Program-made: the position numbers and the translations under genes
Notes under the pieces: generated by a model
Seen by the model: the letters and a program-made list of their open reading frames with translations, nothing else
Told to the model about the DNA's origin: nothing
Database searches by the model: none
Shown here: positions 1 through 11,700 of the stretch, piece after piece
How the letters are laid out: every line of letters starts with the position of its first letter
Position numbering within the stretch: the first letter of the stretch is position 1
NCBI GenBank assembly: GCA_013115125.1
Contig: JABANN010000141.1
Location: forward strand, 1 to 62,806
Reading direction: 5' to 3'
DNA: 62,806 nucleotides
Origin: Perkinsus olseni
Taxonomy: Eukaryota

Positions 1-14
1 GATTTGGATCGAAG

Positions 15-2750
15 TTGTTTTTCTTTTCCGCTGTCTCATTTGGGACGAGTCCTGCTCCCCAAAGTTTAGAATGCACTATGGGAAAGAAGTTGATGAAGGA
101 GCTGAACGAGAAGCTGAGAGAGCGAGATGAAGTTGAAAGAGAAGCATGCTGTTCGGAGTCCTTCATGGATAATGTTGTTCATCTTGATGATAAGCTTGAT
201 TTGAATGATGAGTTCATTGCCGAGCCCTTATTAGAATCTATTGCAGGGGAGTATGATATTCACTTTAACAATGCTAAGCGACAATACATCAATGTATTGC
301 CAGGCGATGTTTCCGCTCTAGGTGTAGTCTACACTGACTGTGGCCAGTTTATCAAGTTCCCTGATGTACAATGGGTCAAGTTTCGAGACGCTTTGACGAC
401 GGTGTCCTCGGTATCATACAGTGGTGCGCTGTCCTTGCTGGGTAAACTCCCAGATTTAGTGGTTACTGGTGCATGGAACAGCCTCTTCAAGCATGTACTA
501 CAAGGCCTGGTTTCACGAGAGTTACATTCGCTACAAGTCCCATGGAGTGCTAAAGTTTCTGGTGAATTGGAGAAGTTACTATGTGAGTGGCACACCTTGG
601 TGTTAGAAGCCGGTACTCTCTATTTACCTCGTCGTTATAATTTACAAGGTGATATTACTGTGGTTGCAGATGCGAGCAAGTGGGTCGCAGGATATGAACT
701 TCGACAAGAAGGGACTCTATATGATGAGGCTTCGATGGTCTTTGCAAGAACTAAAGCTGATATAGCTATTTCGGTGAAGGAGCTCCAAGCGGACTTGCAG
801 CAGTCAAGGAGTTGGAGATGGCTTCACCGAAAAAGTTTCCTGCCATTATTGTACAAACTGATAATACAACTGTGGCGACGATATTGAGAACAAGACGTGT
901 GGCGGGGAATGTGAGAAAAGAGGTCTGTCCAATATTGCAGAAATATTTGGCCCTTATCGAAGAACTGTATTCCCCGTCTGATTGGTTGAGATTATACATT
1001 GAAGTGGTATCGACAGAGGTCAATTCTGCTGATAGGTTGACCAGGCATCCATTTCTGACCAAGCTATTGGATTATCGAGACCAATTACAACGAGTGAGTG
1101 AGCAAGATGGTGTGCGAGAAGACTATGGTGAGAAGACGGTGGTATCTGCCAATGTTGTGGCGCAAGCGTCTGAGTGTTACTCTGCAAACGATGGCCACGT
1201 TTGTGATGCGTGCTACTCAGACTTACCGCTGAAACTTGAGGTGGATAAAGCTGCTGTGGGTAGTGCACAGAGAGCTGATGATGACATTCAGTACGTGATC
1301 AAGCGGTTACGAAGAGGGTGTTATATTGATCCTCAGTCTCGGTTACAGACCCACCTTGCCAGAATATCGCACGAATTACGTGTGATTGATGGATTATTAT
1401 ATTGGCAATGGGCGCCTGATAGTGCTTCACCCTATTTACCTGTGGTTCCTCCGGCGATGGCGGACAGTGTGGTTGGCAAGGCTCACTCTATCGGTCATTC
1501 TGATGTTGAAGGCACTGTCGCCCTTGTGAAGCTTGTATGCTATGTACCCTTCATCTGGCGAGTGGCCCAGGATGTTGTGCAAGGCTGTGAACGGTGTATT
1601 ATGAATAGAAGGTCTGCCGGTGTGATGCCTATGAGGACGACCCACCGAAGTATTCAGTCTTGGCAGGTGTTACATATGGATATTGTGAGCTATGAGAGCT
1701 TACATCTACTTACACTCATAGATCAGTTCTCCAAGTATTTATGTTGGGAAGTGCTCGGTACCACGAGTACTAGCAGTATTGTAGCTGCCTTACAACGCTC
1801 ATTTAGTCGACTCGGACCCCCGAAAGTATTGATATGTGATAATGCCAAAAATTTAAATGCGCCAAAAATGGTGGCTTTCCTGAAGACCTACGGTACGAGA
1901 TTGGAGAATTCGACGAGCTATCACCCGCAAGGGAACTCGGTTGCTGAAAGGGTTCATAGAACCTTGCATAGGTTGGCTAGGTTACACCGACTTCATTCAC
2001 CAGGAGAATTGAAGAAAGGGTTGTTGAAGCTGGTATACGTGTACAACTGTCGCCCTCATAAAGCTCTTGGTTATAAATCGCCATACTATGTCCTCTTTGG
2101 TCGTAACCCTGTGGTTGTTAGTGATGCGACTAAGCAAGGTGAATATGACCAAAAATGCTTATATGATACTTGGGATGATGTTCGTGGTATTCAAAGCCAG
2201 CAGTTTCGCGCTAATAAGGTGGCTTATGATAAAGGACATCGTATTCAACAGCCAGTATCATATCATAAAGGGCAGCCGGTATTGTATTATAGACGTCGAC
2301 GGTTTCCTATGGGGGTCAATGCGAAGCTAAAGGATCCAGGGGAAGGTGGATGGAAGATTCTCAAGGCACCGACGGAGAAGTTTCCAGCCACAGTAGTTAT
2401 TGAGAAAGGTGTTATGAAGATGGTTATTAATTTGGCTTGTAAAACCAGACCCTCGACAACATCGACGACATCAAGAGCGATCGGTGCAAGATGAGATGAA
2501 GACGGATATGACAACGTCCGCATCGAGTTCGGCATTGAAGGCTGAGCCGACAGCTTTGTATGAGATGATATCGGAACCGGATGATGAACCATCGTATAAG
2601 TTGTATCTGGATGATGATAATGATGAAGTTGAGAAGCCAGAATCTGGCTTCTCTGATGAGCATGTGACTCTGAGGAGGTCTAAAAGAATGAGGAAGCCTG
2701 TTACGAGACTGTCGTTAGGCCTCGGTAATTCTAAATCGTATGATAAGTAA
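15..2750 (+). pseudogene. pol: Retrotransposon pol broken by two frameshifts
   Basis: RNase H is split between ORF 15-887 and ORF 812-2494 (shift near 790-810). The integrase C-terminal tail (LVKP...RRSKRMRKPVTRL) is in another frame (shift near 2430; ORF 2484-2750). Confidence 0.8.
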
Positions 2751-2780
2751 TGTTCATTATTTTTTGCTGTCCATACATCT

Positions 2781-2788
2781 AAGGGGGG
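2781..2788 (+). promoter_or_regulatory. Polypurine tract (PPT)
   Basis: AAGGGGGG immediately 5' of TGTAAGG, ~30 nt after the pol stop. Confidence 0.75.
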
Positions 2789-2851
2789 TGTAAGGTTGTA
2801 GGCCATATTGTGTCAGCTGTCCCATTCCAGCTGTCCCATTCGAGCCTTACA
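2789..2851 (+). repeat. Putative very short 3' LTR (63 bp)
   Basis: Starts TGTAAGG and ends CCTTACA (7-bp inverted termini). Contains an internal tandem CAGCTGTCCCATTC x2 (2814-2841). Confidence 0.65.
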
Positions 2852-2945
2852 CAAGCTACGCTATGGCGTTCATCGTAGCTAAGTTTCATACTGTACTTAT
2901 GAGTTCCTTTCCGAACTGCCTGACTGTTGCGTCATCACTACTATA

Positions 2946-3386
2946 CCAGGCATCGTCACAGTGTCGTAGTGAACGCTTCTCTTAGGGTGGCTTTAGCTGG
3001 AGAGTAGCACACATCTGTAGCATGGGCGTGGTCAGCATTCTCTGGTGTCGTACAGAGAGATGGAATACACAAGCCGCGTGCAGATGACAAGTTGTGATTG
3101 GTCTTTGCTATGCTACCCATTGAATCATTCGAGAATCTTTGAAGCCCGGGTTCTTGCGTTCCACGAGGTCAATACCAGCAAGGTGCCCTCCGCCAGGGGA
3201 GGGTGGCCATCTCGATGTTCTTCTCATTGGTATCATACAAGTTGTTCTCCTCCGAGCGTTTGACCGTGTAGGGTTGTGTGTCCCTTCCCGTTGTTTAAGG
3301 CGGGCTTACCCGAGAGATGCAGACCAGGGCTCACGTTGTTATTATTCGCCTCCGGCCTCGCGGTTGTCAGCCCCACTATGGATGCT
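2946..3386 (+). repeat. Direct repeat copy 1 (~430 bp)
   Basis: Aligns by eye with 4866-5286, e.g. shared ATGGAATACACAAGCCGCGTGCAGATGA and CCATCTCGATGTTCTTCTCATTGGTATCATACAAGTTG. Confidence 0.95.
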
Positions 3387-3692
3387 TGGCCGAGAGCTGA
3401 CAGGATGCTCAAACACGCGAATTACCAAACAACCAAGGGCATTCATTCCCTCTATTAACCTGGTACACCTCACTTTCCTGTTTCGAACAATCCGTTTGAT
3501 TGACCCTCTTCACGTCGCTGCAGTGCCTAGTGTACGGCCTAGACTGAACACAACTTCATGCCCCGAATATCATTCACATGTAAACAGGCCTCGCATACAG
3601 AGTGAGATGGTTGATAGATAAAGGAAAATACGACACAATGCCAAGAGGGATTCGCGTTATCTCTTCTGATACTATATTCTTTCAATATCTCC

Positions 3693-4784
3693 TCACTCAG
3701 CCTTCATCCGGTACCGTTTATCCCACAGCTCTAGCTCCAACACTTCAGAGGTCTCCGAACGACATACGCCAACACTATCTACATACATACCTAGCAGGTT
3801 CTTCTCTCTGAGCTTCCGCGAAATGGCGCCCAACGAGCTAACTACACTCCGGTTCTTGGTATTGAATCGATAGCACTTCTCAGGGCGCCAATACTCCATT
3901 TTACCCGGCCCGACTATTCTTGTGGATTTCTCTCCTGGTAGGTGGAACTCCAGCGTGCATACCAAGTCCTGTCCCAAAGTGATACGTACTTTCTCGAAAC
4001 CTGAGATGGGTTCCGCATTATCGTAATATCCAGCTGTAGGAATGTCCTCCTCAGGAGAATGTGGGCGAAACGACATCGGCTGGGTTGCTGCCTCAAGTCC
4101 GAGGAGTTGTCCGAGATCTGGTATATTCACGCCCTCACCCTGGTTGGTCCGAAGTTTGGCCGGGCGTGGAGGTGATGAATTATCACCCGCCGTCCTCTTG
4201 TTGGACCTGGAGGGTTGCGCTACATCAGAGTTCGCGCTCTTGCCGGCCGTCGCCCCATCTGCTCTCTCTTGCTGTCCTCTGCTACCTGTGCTCAGATCCA
4301 GTGGCACATCCACATGAGGTTCGGCCCTGCTGGCCTGCTGGATAGTTCTGCGTCTTCCTTTCACTTTTCGCATTGGATATTCTTCTCCGGCAAGTCTCAA
4401 GCGGACGTTCGTATCCCCCGACCTGCAAATTCCTATGTCGGTGTAGTTGATCGATAAACCGACTCTCTTCGTTAGTTCCTCGAAGTGACGGCTCAAAGAC
4501 ATTCTATCGAAGAATCCGCTGGGGTCGTAGACGAAGTAGTCCTTCCTTCTGTCTCTCTTCATTCTAAAGGGCGGTACAGTGAATAACGGCTCTCTCGGTG
4601 ATGGTTTGAAGCCGAGAGCGCATCGCCCGTCTCCTATTGAAGACATCACGATACGCCCAAAATGAGGGACATTGGTCGAAGTACTGTATACCCCGGCGGG
4701 GATGTACATAGAGTCCTCAGGGCCAGCCCCCATCGCGTGGATACCAAGGGAGACCAGCAGTAGATAAGACCAAGTGGCGGACAT
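3693..4784 (-). CDS. Intronless lineage-specific secreted protein with two weakly repeated beta-rich domains
   Basis: Long ORF. The likely start MSATWSYLLLVSLGIHAMG (4784) looks like a signal peptide. The N- and C-terminal domains share a P-x-G-x-Y...C-x-L-x-F pattern, separated by a low-complexity linker. Confidence 0.75.
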   Translation of the reverse strand: MSATWSYLLLVSLGIHAMGAGPEDSMYIPAGVYSTSTNVPHFGRIVMSSIGDGRCALGFKPSPREPLFTVPPFRMKRDRRKDYFVYDPSGFFDRMSLSRHFEELTKRVGLSINYTDIGICRSGDTNVRLRLAGEEYPMRKVKGRRRTIQQASRAEPHVDVPLDLSTGSRGQQERADGATAGKSANSDVAQPSRSNKRTAGDNSSPPRPAKLRTNQGEGVNIPDLGQLLGLEAATQPMSFRPHSPEEDIPTAGYYDNAEPISGFEKVRITLGQDLVCTLEFHLPGEKSTRIVGPGKMEYWRPEKCYRFNTKNRSVVSSLGAISRKLREKNLLGMYVDSVGVCRSETSEVLELELWDKRYRMKAE

Positions 4785-4865
4785 AAGCAGATTGTTCAGG
4801 AATAGAAAAGGAACCTTCACTGTAAATCCCGCAATTGGGCGTCTCGTCGGAATACCTTCGCCCGC

Positions 4866-5286
4866 CCAGGCATCGTCACGGCGTCGCACTAACACCCCCT
4901 TATGGGATGGCCCTCGCTGGAGAGTAGGGCAGATCTGTGCCACGGGCCTCGTCAGCATAATGGAATACACAAGCCGCGTGCAGATGATAAGTTGTGATTG
5001 GTCTTTGCTATGCTACCCATGGAATCATTCGAGAATCTGTGAAGCCTGGATTCTTGCGTTCGACGAGGTCAATACCAGCGAGGTGCCATCCGCCACGGGA
5101 GGGTGACCATCTCGATGTTCTTCTCATTGGTATCATACAAGTTGTTCTCCTCCGAGCGCTTGACAGTGTAGGGTTGCGTGTCCCTTTCCAATGATCATGG
5201 CGGGCTTACCCGAGGGATACAGACCAGGGCTCACGTTGTTATTATTCGCCTCCGGCCTCACGGTTGTCATCCCCAATATAGACGCT
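4866..5286 (+). repeat. Direct repeat copy 2
   Basis: Homologous to 2946-3386, lacking the ~20-nt insert at 3039-3059. Confidence 0.95.
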
Positions 5287-5775
5287 CAAACCTTCGTTAA
5301 TGTGAGTTACCATAACCACTACATGAATTACTTCGAAGGCTGAGGGGATCTGTGTAGGTCAGCGTTAAAGTTGGGTTCGACGATGAGTGGCCCAAGCTTG
5401 TGGAGGTGCCCATGCGTGAGCCGATCGTAGGCGAGTGTCCCTCACCACCTCCGAATCCCTTCAGCTGAACTCAACCTCTCTCGGGATGTTCTGTCCATAT
5501 CCTGGGAATTTCCGGACGGCAACCCAACTCAACTCGGCCGCACGAGACGATTGGACCATCCGGACACTTCGGGGTGACCAGCAAGGGTTGTAAAGTTGAT
5601 AGCCCATCGCCCTCAAAAGCATTCAACTCGCGTTCAACTCGTCCGACTCCTCCGCCCCATCACAACTATACAGTCTGTTCAGTTCCAAGCACACTGAGAA
5701 CTGGCAGTTAGGGGCGTATCAAGCACCCCTCAGCCCTCCCCGGAACCTAACGGCTCACAACGTGCGTACGAATCG

Positions 5776-8700
5776 TTGCCTCACGACTATTACCAGTCCT
5801 GCCGGCAGATACCAGTATCTCGAAGCTTGGGAGTCTCGCACACCTCGAGGAGGGCCGCCGTAAGGGACTGTAGCATCCTAACAGTGTCTCACCGGCTGTC
5901 TCGTCAGAGTGACTACTTGCCATACTTCCTGAGCTTCGACTGGGCCCTCAAGTCCGAGCATTTCGGCACCAGGGTCCCTCAGGCCAATACGACGACCAAA
6001 GCAAACCATCTTCGAGGAGGCAATAAGGAGGTAAGTGTCGTGAAGCGGGACTGCAGGAGCAGCAGCACAGGGTCGTCAGACTCTACTGGTGGGCATCATC
6101 GGCTCCGGCGTTAACATGGACCTCATCAAACGGGAACTAGGGCAGGACTTCAACATCACCACTGTTCTCTGGCACAATCCTGACCCTTCCGAAGGGTGCG
6201 GCGAATAAGTCGTTTTTTCTCGCAAGATGGAACTAACGATGGAGGTGTTTCAGGTATGGCTGCTCTACCCCTCTCTATCACGGTTGTGACTTCTTCTATT
6301 CCCTTGATGACGCTGATGCAATCTACTCTGATACTCCATTCTCCTTCTATGTGACTAACGTTATCATTGCCGTAAGCCTTTTGGTTCGTGTAGTCCACAC
6401 TCGAGCGGCTCGGGCTATGATCAGATGGTCAAAGGAGGAGGCGTTGAGAGGGTGAGGTTTGCTGTTCTGAAGATGTTTGCCTACAACGCTCGGAGCGGCT
6501 ACGAGGAAGGCTATATCGAGGATGTGCAGGCCGCCTCAGCCTTCTGTCGGGCCATTGGATGTACCCATCATTGTCATCGTTGCTCACATTTCTACTCTCC
6601 AGGTGATGTCGAGTACCATGCTTACAGCGTTGACTGTACTTACACTCCGTTGCTCTTCGCTAACGATGGTCTTGACGCTCCGCCACTACTCATGGGGCCT
6701 GTATCAGAGTTCCCAGGCAGATGCCCATGCGAACTGGAAGGTGACTCTTCTTCTAGGAGCTCGTCCATCGAGGACCGTCCTTCAGATGCACTCTGTGTTC
6801 ATCCCACCTTCGGTAGTGGGACACTATGGATGCATCCCCTGTGAGTTGGTTGGACTCCGGTCCGCCGCGACTGATGCCTCGCTGGCTCTGTGCAGCTACT
6901 CTAAGTCCCGCATTGGATCCCCATCACCAGTGAGCCCTTCTGGATTGGACGATGACATGTACATGGCCCACCAAGCATCAGGGACAGCAGTGGCTATGAT
7001 GGGCGCTTTAAAGCAGGAGGTGGGTGGACAGCTGTGCCTGCAATTGGGGATCGGTTTACAGATCCCGGAAGTGTTCAAGTCCAACACTGAGCTGCTCGCC
7101 ATCATCAGGGAATCGGCTGTGCATCCTGTTGTGAGGACGGGAGATGAGGGATTGACCATACATGAGGGCAAGGCGGGGTCGGATGCCTCCTTCCCCAGTC
7201 ATGCGATTTGGGTTGTCAAGGGCGGAAGCAGTTCATTCAGATTCTGCCCTCGGATTCCGCATTGATGCGGTCACTCTACTGGAGAAGGCTAGGACAAGGA
7301 GATGGGCGTGGCTGCCTGACGCCACCCATCAGCAAGCTTCTAGTGGTTGGGTGTCGGCTGTGATATGAAGAATCCCTTCCTCTGTTCAGTCCTCCTCTAC
7401 CCCCCAGGAATCGGCCAATACGAAGCCATTTTGAGTGCGAAGAGCAAAGATGGAGGGACACTCGAGTACCGCTTCCGACTGAATGTCTCGTGGGATGAGG
7501 AGCGACCCCGGAGCAGGAGTTTCGGAGATGGCAAGATAAGGCTGTTGCAGCTCATCCAGGTGTGGATACTGCCCTTCCATTCCGTATCGCTACCCATGCT
7601 GCAGTCTTTCAGACTACCCTCACGACCACTGCCATGGCGGAAGACGTGGATGTGGTGAACTTCGCAGAGGGACTTGATGACGCTGCTCTCACCGTGGCGA
7701 CCACAATCAGCAGAACCCTTGTATTGCGCACTTCCCTGCTCACACACGTTACTATAAGCATCGACTCTAGCTCTCCCCCGTGGTGTCATTCTGCGTTCTC
7801 CACCAATGCGTCCACGCTCAACCTACGGCCGTTCGAGCATGCTTACGTCCGGGTCATCTATCACCGTACACACCATACGAGAGACGATGAGGGTAACTGC
7901 TCCCTCATCATCTGCCACGGCTCATGCTATGAGTCGTCCTCAATGAGTCTTCCTCTGATACCGCCGCGGATGCCTCCTCCAGCACCCCTCGCGCCAGCAC
8001 GTCAGGAGCATGTCGTGTGTTCCAATACCACGGGGCGCTATGCCCATCTACCTTTCCCGATAGACTCTACCAACAGCAGTGCAATAGACGTCCTGGCCAA
8101 TGCACGCTTGGTGACGCAACTCGAGGTGTACACACAGGTGGAGGACTACCACTTGGGGGACATCTCTTCATTCGCCGATCCAGTTCCGCTCACCCGAATA
8201 CAATACGCATTCGATGAGTTGGAGTGGATAGACTTCGACTGGCTGCTAGGCGATGGCGTTTGGGTATCCAACCGGGGCTACATCAGCACCCGAGGGGCAC
8301 GGCAATGGTCTGCTTTCGCGCTGTCGGAGGCTACGTCGATGGAGGGCATCGGATGTTGGAATGATGAATGTAGCACGTATTGCTACGTGCTTGGTGCCTC
8401 TCACGTGAATCATTAGGTAGTATATCGTACAGTGTCGCTAATGATAGCTTACTAATAATACAATGGAGGAGGCTGACTAACACTAACCTATCCTTCAAGA
8501 TGGGACTATTTCGGAATGGAGTGGTATGGGCTGACGGCCCTCATCCAGAGCGTGGGGGAGGCTTGCACATTCGCACGTGAGTTCAAGCTTGCCTTTCACG
8601 AGATCATTTCTAGCTACAGGTCAACTGGAGCGGTACACAGTGCGGTGCCCAGCGCGGATGGCGTATCTGTCATGGCCCCGGCATTCTTCCTCCCATCTGC

Positions 8701-11700
8701 CATCCCCCTCAATGCATCATCCCCGCCAAATATCTCAGCAATCATCCCTCTGTGCTCTGAAGGTCCAGGCCCTCGCAGGCCTAATACGGCACTAGTGGAA
8801 GTTGCTCACTACCGTACTGAGATCGCTATCCGTGCGCCGGGGACATGGTGGGCGGTTGTCGAGGGGGAAGAAGTCCTCTATCTTGGCGGCATGTTCAATC
8901 ATTCCGTATCCCTCACGGTTGTGCTGTACGGCATAAGTCGCGAAGAAGAGGCGGGGCTGAGGCTCTCGGGAGGAGGCACTAGCGGCATGGATACCATGGA
9001 ACTATTTAAGGACGGTAAGTGGCCACTGCTGCCAGCCCCTTTCGTTCGGTTTGCATGCATCATCCACCTGTAGGTGATGTGGTTGGAGTCCCTCCTGTGC
9101 CACCTGGGACGTACAAGATGCACTACGCATACCTCAACCGTAGCATGACCCTGTCCACTACTATAGAAGTCCTGGGCTATGACGACGTTGGTATCGAGGA
9201 AGCGGCCTCTACTTTGACGATAGAGATGCACCCCGGGAGTGTGGCCTTACACGGTGTTGCTTCCTGTCAGCCTGGCCTATCAGGTTTGTTCCTATCGATG
9301 TGGCTAACCCCTCCAGGGCGACCCGGAGATTGTAGCAAGAAGAGAGACACTGTTGTGTATCACTCCAACCCTGCTGCGTTGCAAGCGTCGCCGAGGATTG
9401 GCGGCGTGAGAGGAATCTGCGTCTTATGTCGGCCAACGGCTATCTTACGACAGTCCGAAGTGGAGAACCTTGTCACTATCTCACCATCACGGCTCATCTG
9501 CCCAAACTGTAGGAATACCCCGACTGCCCGGAATTGTAGGTGGCCCATCGCAGGCACGCTGGTACCGGTGTACGCGAAGGAAGACGTCGTATGCAGCTTG
9601 ACGAAGGGTGAGTATCCTTCAGAGCCGTTCTCACAACTCGACGGCATCCGCTCCATAGATTGCATCATCCACCTGGACAGTGCCAACAATGACACTTGTG
9701 AAGCATTCGCCTTCTACGCTTCCCCGGCCCCCTCCTGTGGCCACCATCATAGGCACGGCGCTTACCTCACTTCTAATAGAACCCTGCTCCGTATACCAAG
9801 TCGAACTATAATGTCCGGTGGAACCTACCGCATCTGCCTCTGCCCTGTCCATCAAACCAGTACTCACTGCGTGTGGCCTGAGGACTTCATATTCGCCATC
9901 GGGTTGGTGGACATGCTCGGCCCGATACTAGGCGAGGAACGAAGTATGTGCACGCAGTGTCAGACACTACATGGATGGTTGGTCAGCCTTCAGGCACTCC
10001 CACACTCCCGCCCATCGCAGCAGGACCACAACAAGTCCTCGATCTTTCCTTGACAGAGCTGTTCGCTCTCTGGGCTCCGTACGAGTGGCATATTCCGAGC
10101 GGATATCATAACCAAGACTGGATGGTCGGACAGTGCAATGGCACCGAGGGGCAAGCTCGAGGGTAACCACCCAGCACTGTCATGGCACCGTTGCAGGTAT
10201 CCGCCGATAATGTGGTGGTGCCTTTCTGATGAGCACTTCGGCGTGGAGGAAGTCATCGTAATCTCGCCGATCATCGAGAACCAAGGACATAGCTTCGACT
10301 ACAGCATTTGCGTTGGTACGTCACATCGACGCCCTGTAGGGACAGCGAACTACCTACAGCCTTCAGATCCTGACCTCACTCTCAACTCGAGTTTATCGTT
10401 CTACACTCGTCTGAACGCAACGCTTTCTACTCCGCCCGTCTACGACCAAGAGCTCCGCCCTGCGGACTTGGAGGAGAAACATTCTGCTCAGGTGGCACTC
10501 ATGTTCAGGAAGATATCTTCCGATATCAACCTCCTCTCCCCAGGACAGCCTTGCAGGCTTGCAGTGCTACCGCGCAGAGGTCTCCGTCGAAGTGTACGAT
10601 CAGGCGGTCGAGAATACCACCCTTCTCTACTTCTACTGTCCTTCCATTACAACATGCGCTACGAATGACGGCAACACATTGCTTGTCAACATGACATCCT
10701 CCAAGCTCAACACAACATGGCACGTAACGAACCCTCGAGTCATCAACCCTCTGCCTCACAACCCGCGGTAGGTGCAACATCCTTCTTACAGCGCCTCCTG
10801 TCAATCTGTGGATCAACACCCTCTCCTGATCCTGCGATCCAACGGGACAGCACCGCCCGACCCCCCAGGATTCGTCGAGCTAGCCTGCTCTTCAATAAAC
10901 CAGACTCTTCGTCTCAACCTCGAACCAACATGGTTAGATGCGTCGTCCAGTCAGCTGCGATCGATCCAATACGCAGGTGGTGGGCCTCGCCACCCTCAGC
11001 TGCCTCGAGCCATGAAGGCCGATCGACTCTCATCTTCGGCGACGGGTTGATGCGAAAACTCCTACTGATGGGCAAACGGGAGCTCTTCCTTGAAATCGAG
11101 TCGGAGAATGAGCAGACCGTGGCCTCGAAGATCATTCCTTATAGTTGGGAGTAGGCCAAGTTCCGGCCATTCACCAAACACTCAAACCCGTATTCAGAGA
11201 GTCTGAAGGTAAGCTTGTCCTCAACGCTACATTGCTTGGAGGACTCACGCCGAACGACTCAGCCAGGCTGTATGTCCAATGGCGTGGAGATGATAGTGCA
11301 TCGGCCGCGGCAGAGTCATTCAATGTTACTCTGGGTTACCTCGAGTGAGTCGACCCGGAAAGTCACCCAATCTATCTTGTGCCGTCCCGCAGAGTAGGAC
11401 CATCTCGTCCCCCCTTGCGTTGCATCAGCATCGGAGTCGAGTTGACCAACCTCACACCCCCTGATGGATCCTGGAAACACCTCATCCCTGCCCTCACCGA
11501 TGGACTCGAGGCTCCGACAGTAGGCAAAGCAGATCGCCGCAATGACCGGTATTCTCCTTCAGAGGGAGGCATACCAGGCTCAAGACGATTCCAACTTCGA
11601 GAGGATAGCCCTTAGGAAAGTGTCCGAAGCCCCAGCATCATCCTCAGCCGCCACGTTACAGTACTGCACAGTAGGCTTGAGATGTGAGCCTCCCCAACCG

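Larger units (their letters stand above)
1..2851 (+). mobile_element. LTR retrotransposon, 3' part (pol: RT C-terminal part, RNase H, integrase; PPT; 3' LTR), truncated by the window edge
   Basis: RT-like FMDN; RNase H motifs ADAS, VKELQA, QTDN and NSADRLTR; integrase zinc finger H-x3-H...C-x2-C; DDE core (LHMD, ICDN, YHPQGNSVAER); purine tract followed by a TG...CA segment. Confidence 0.92.
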
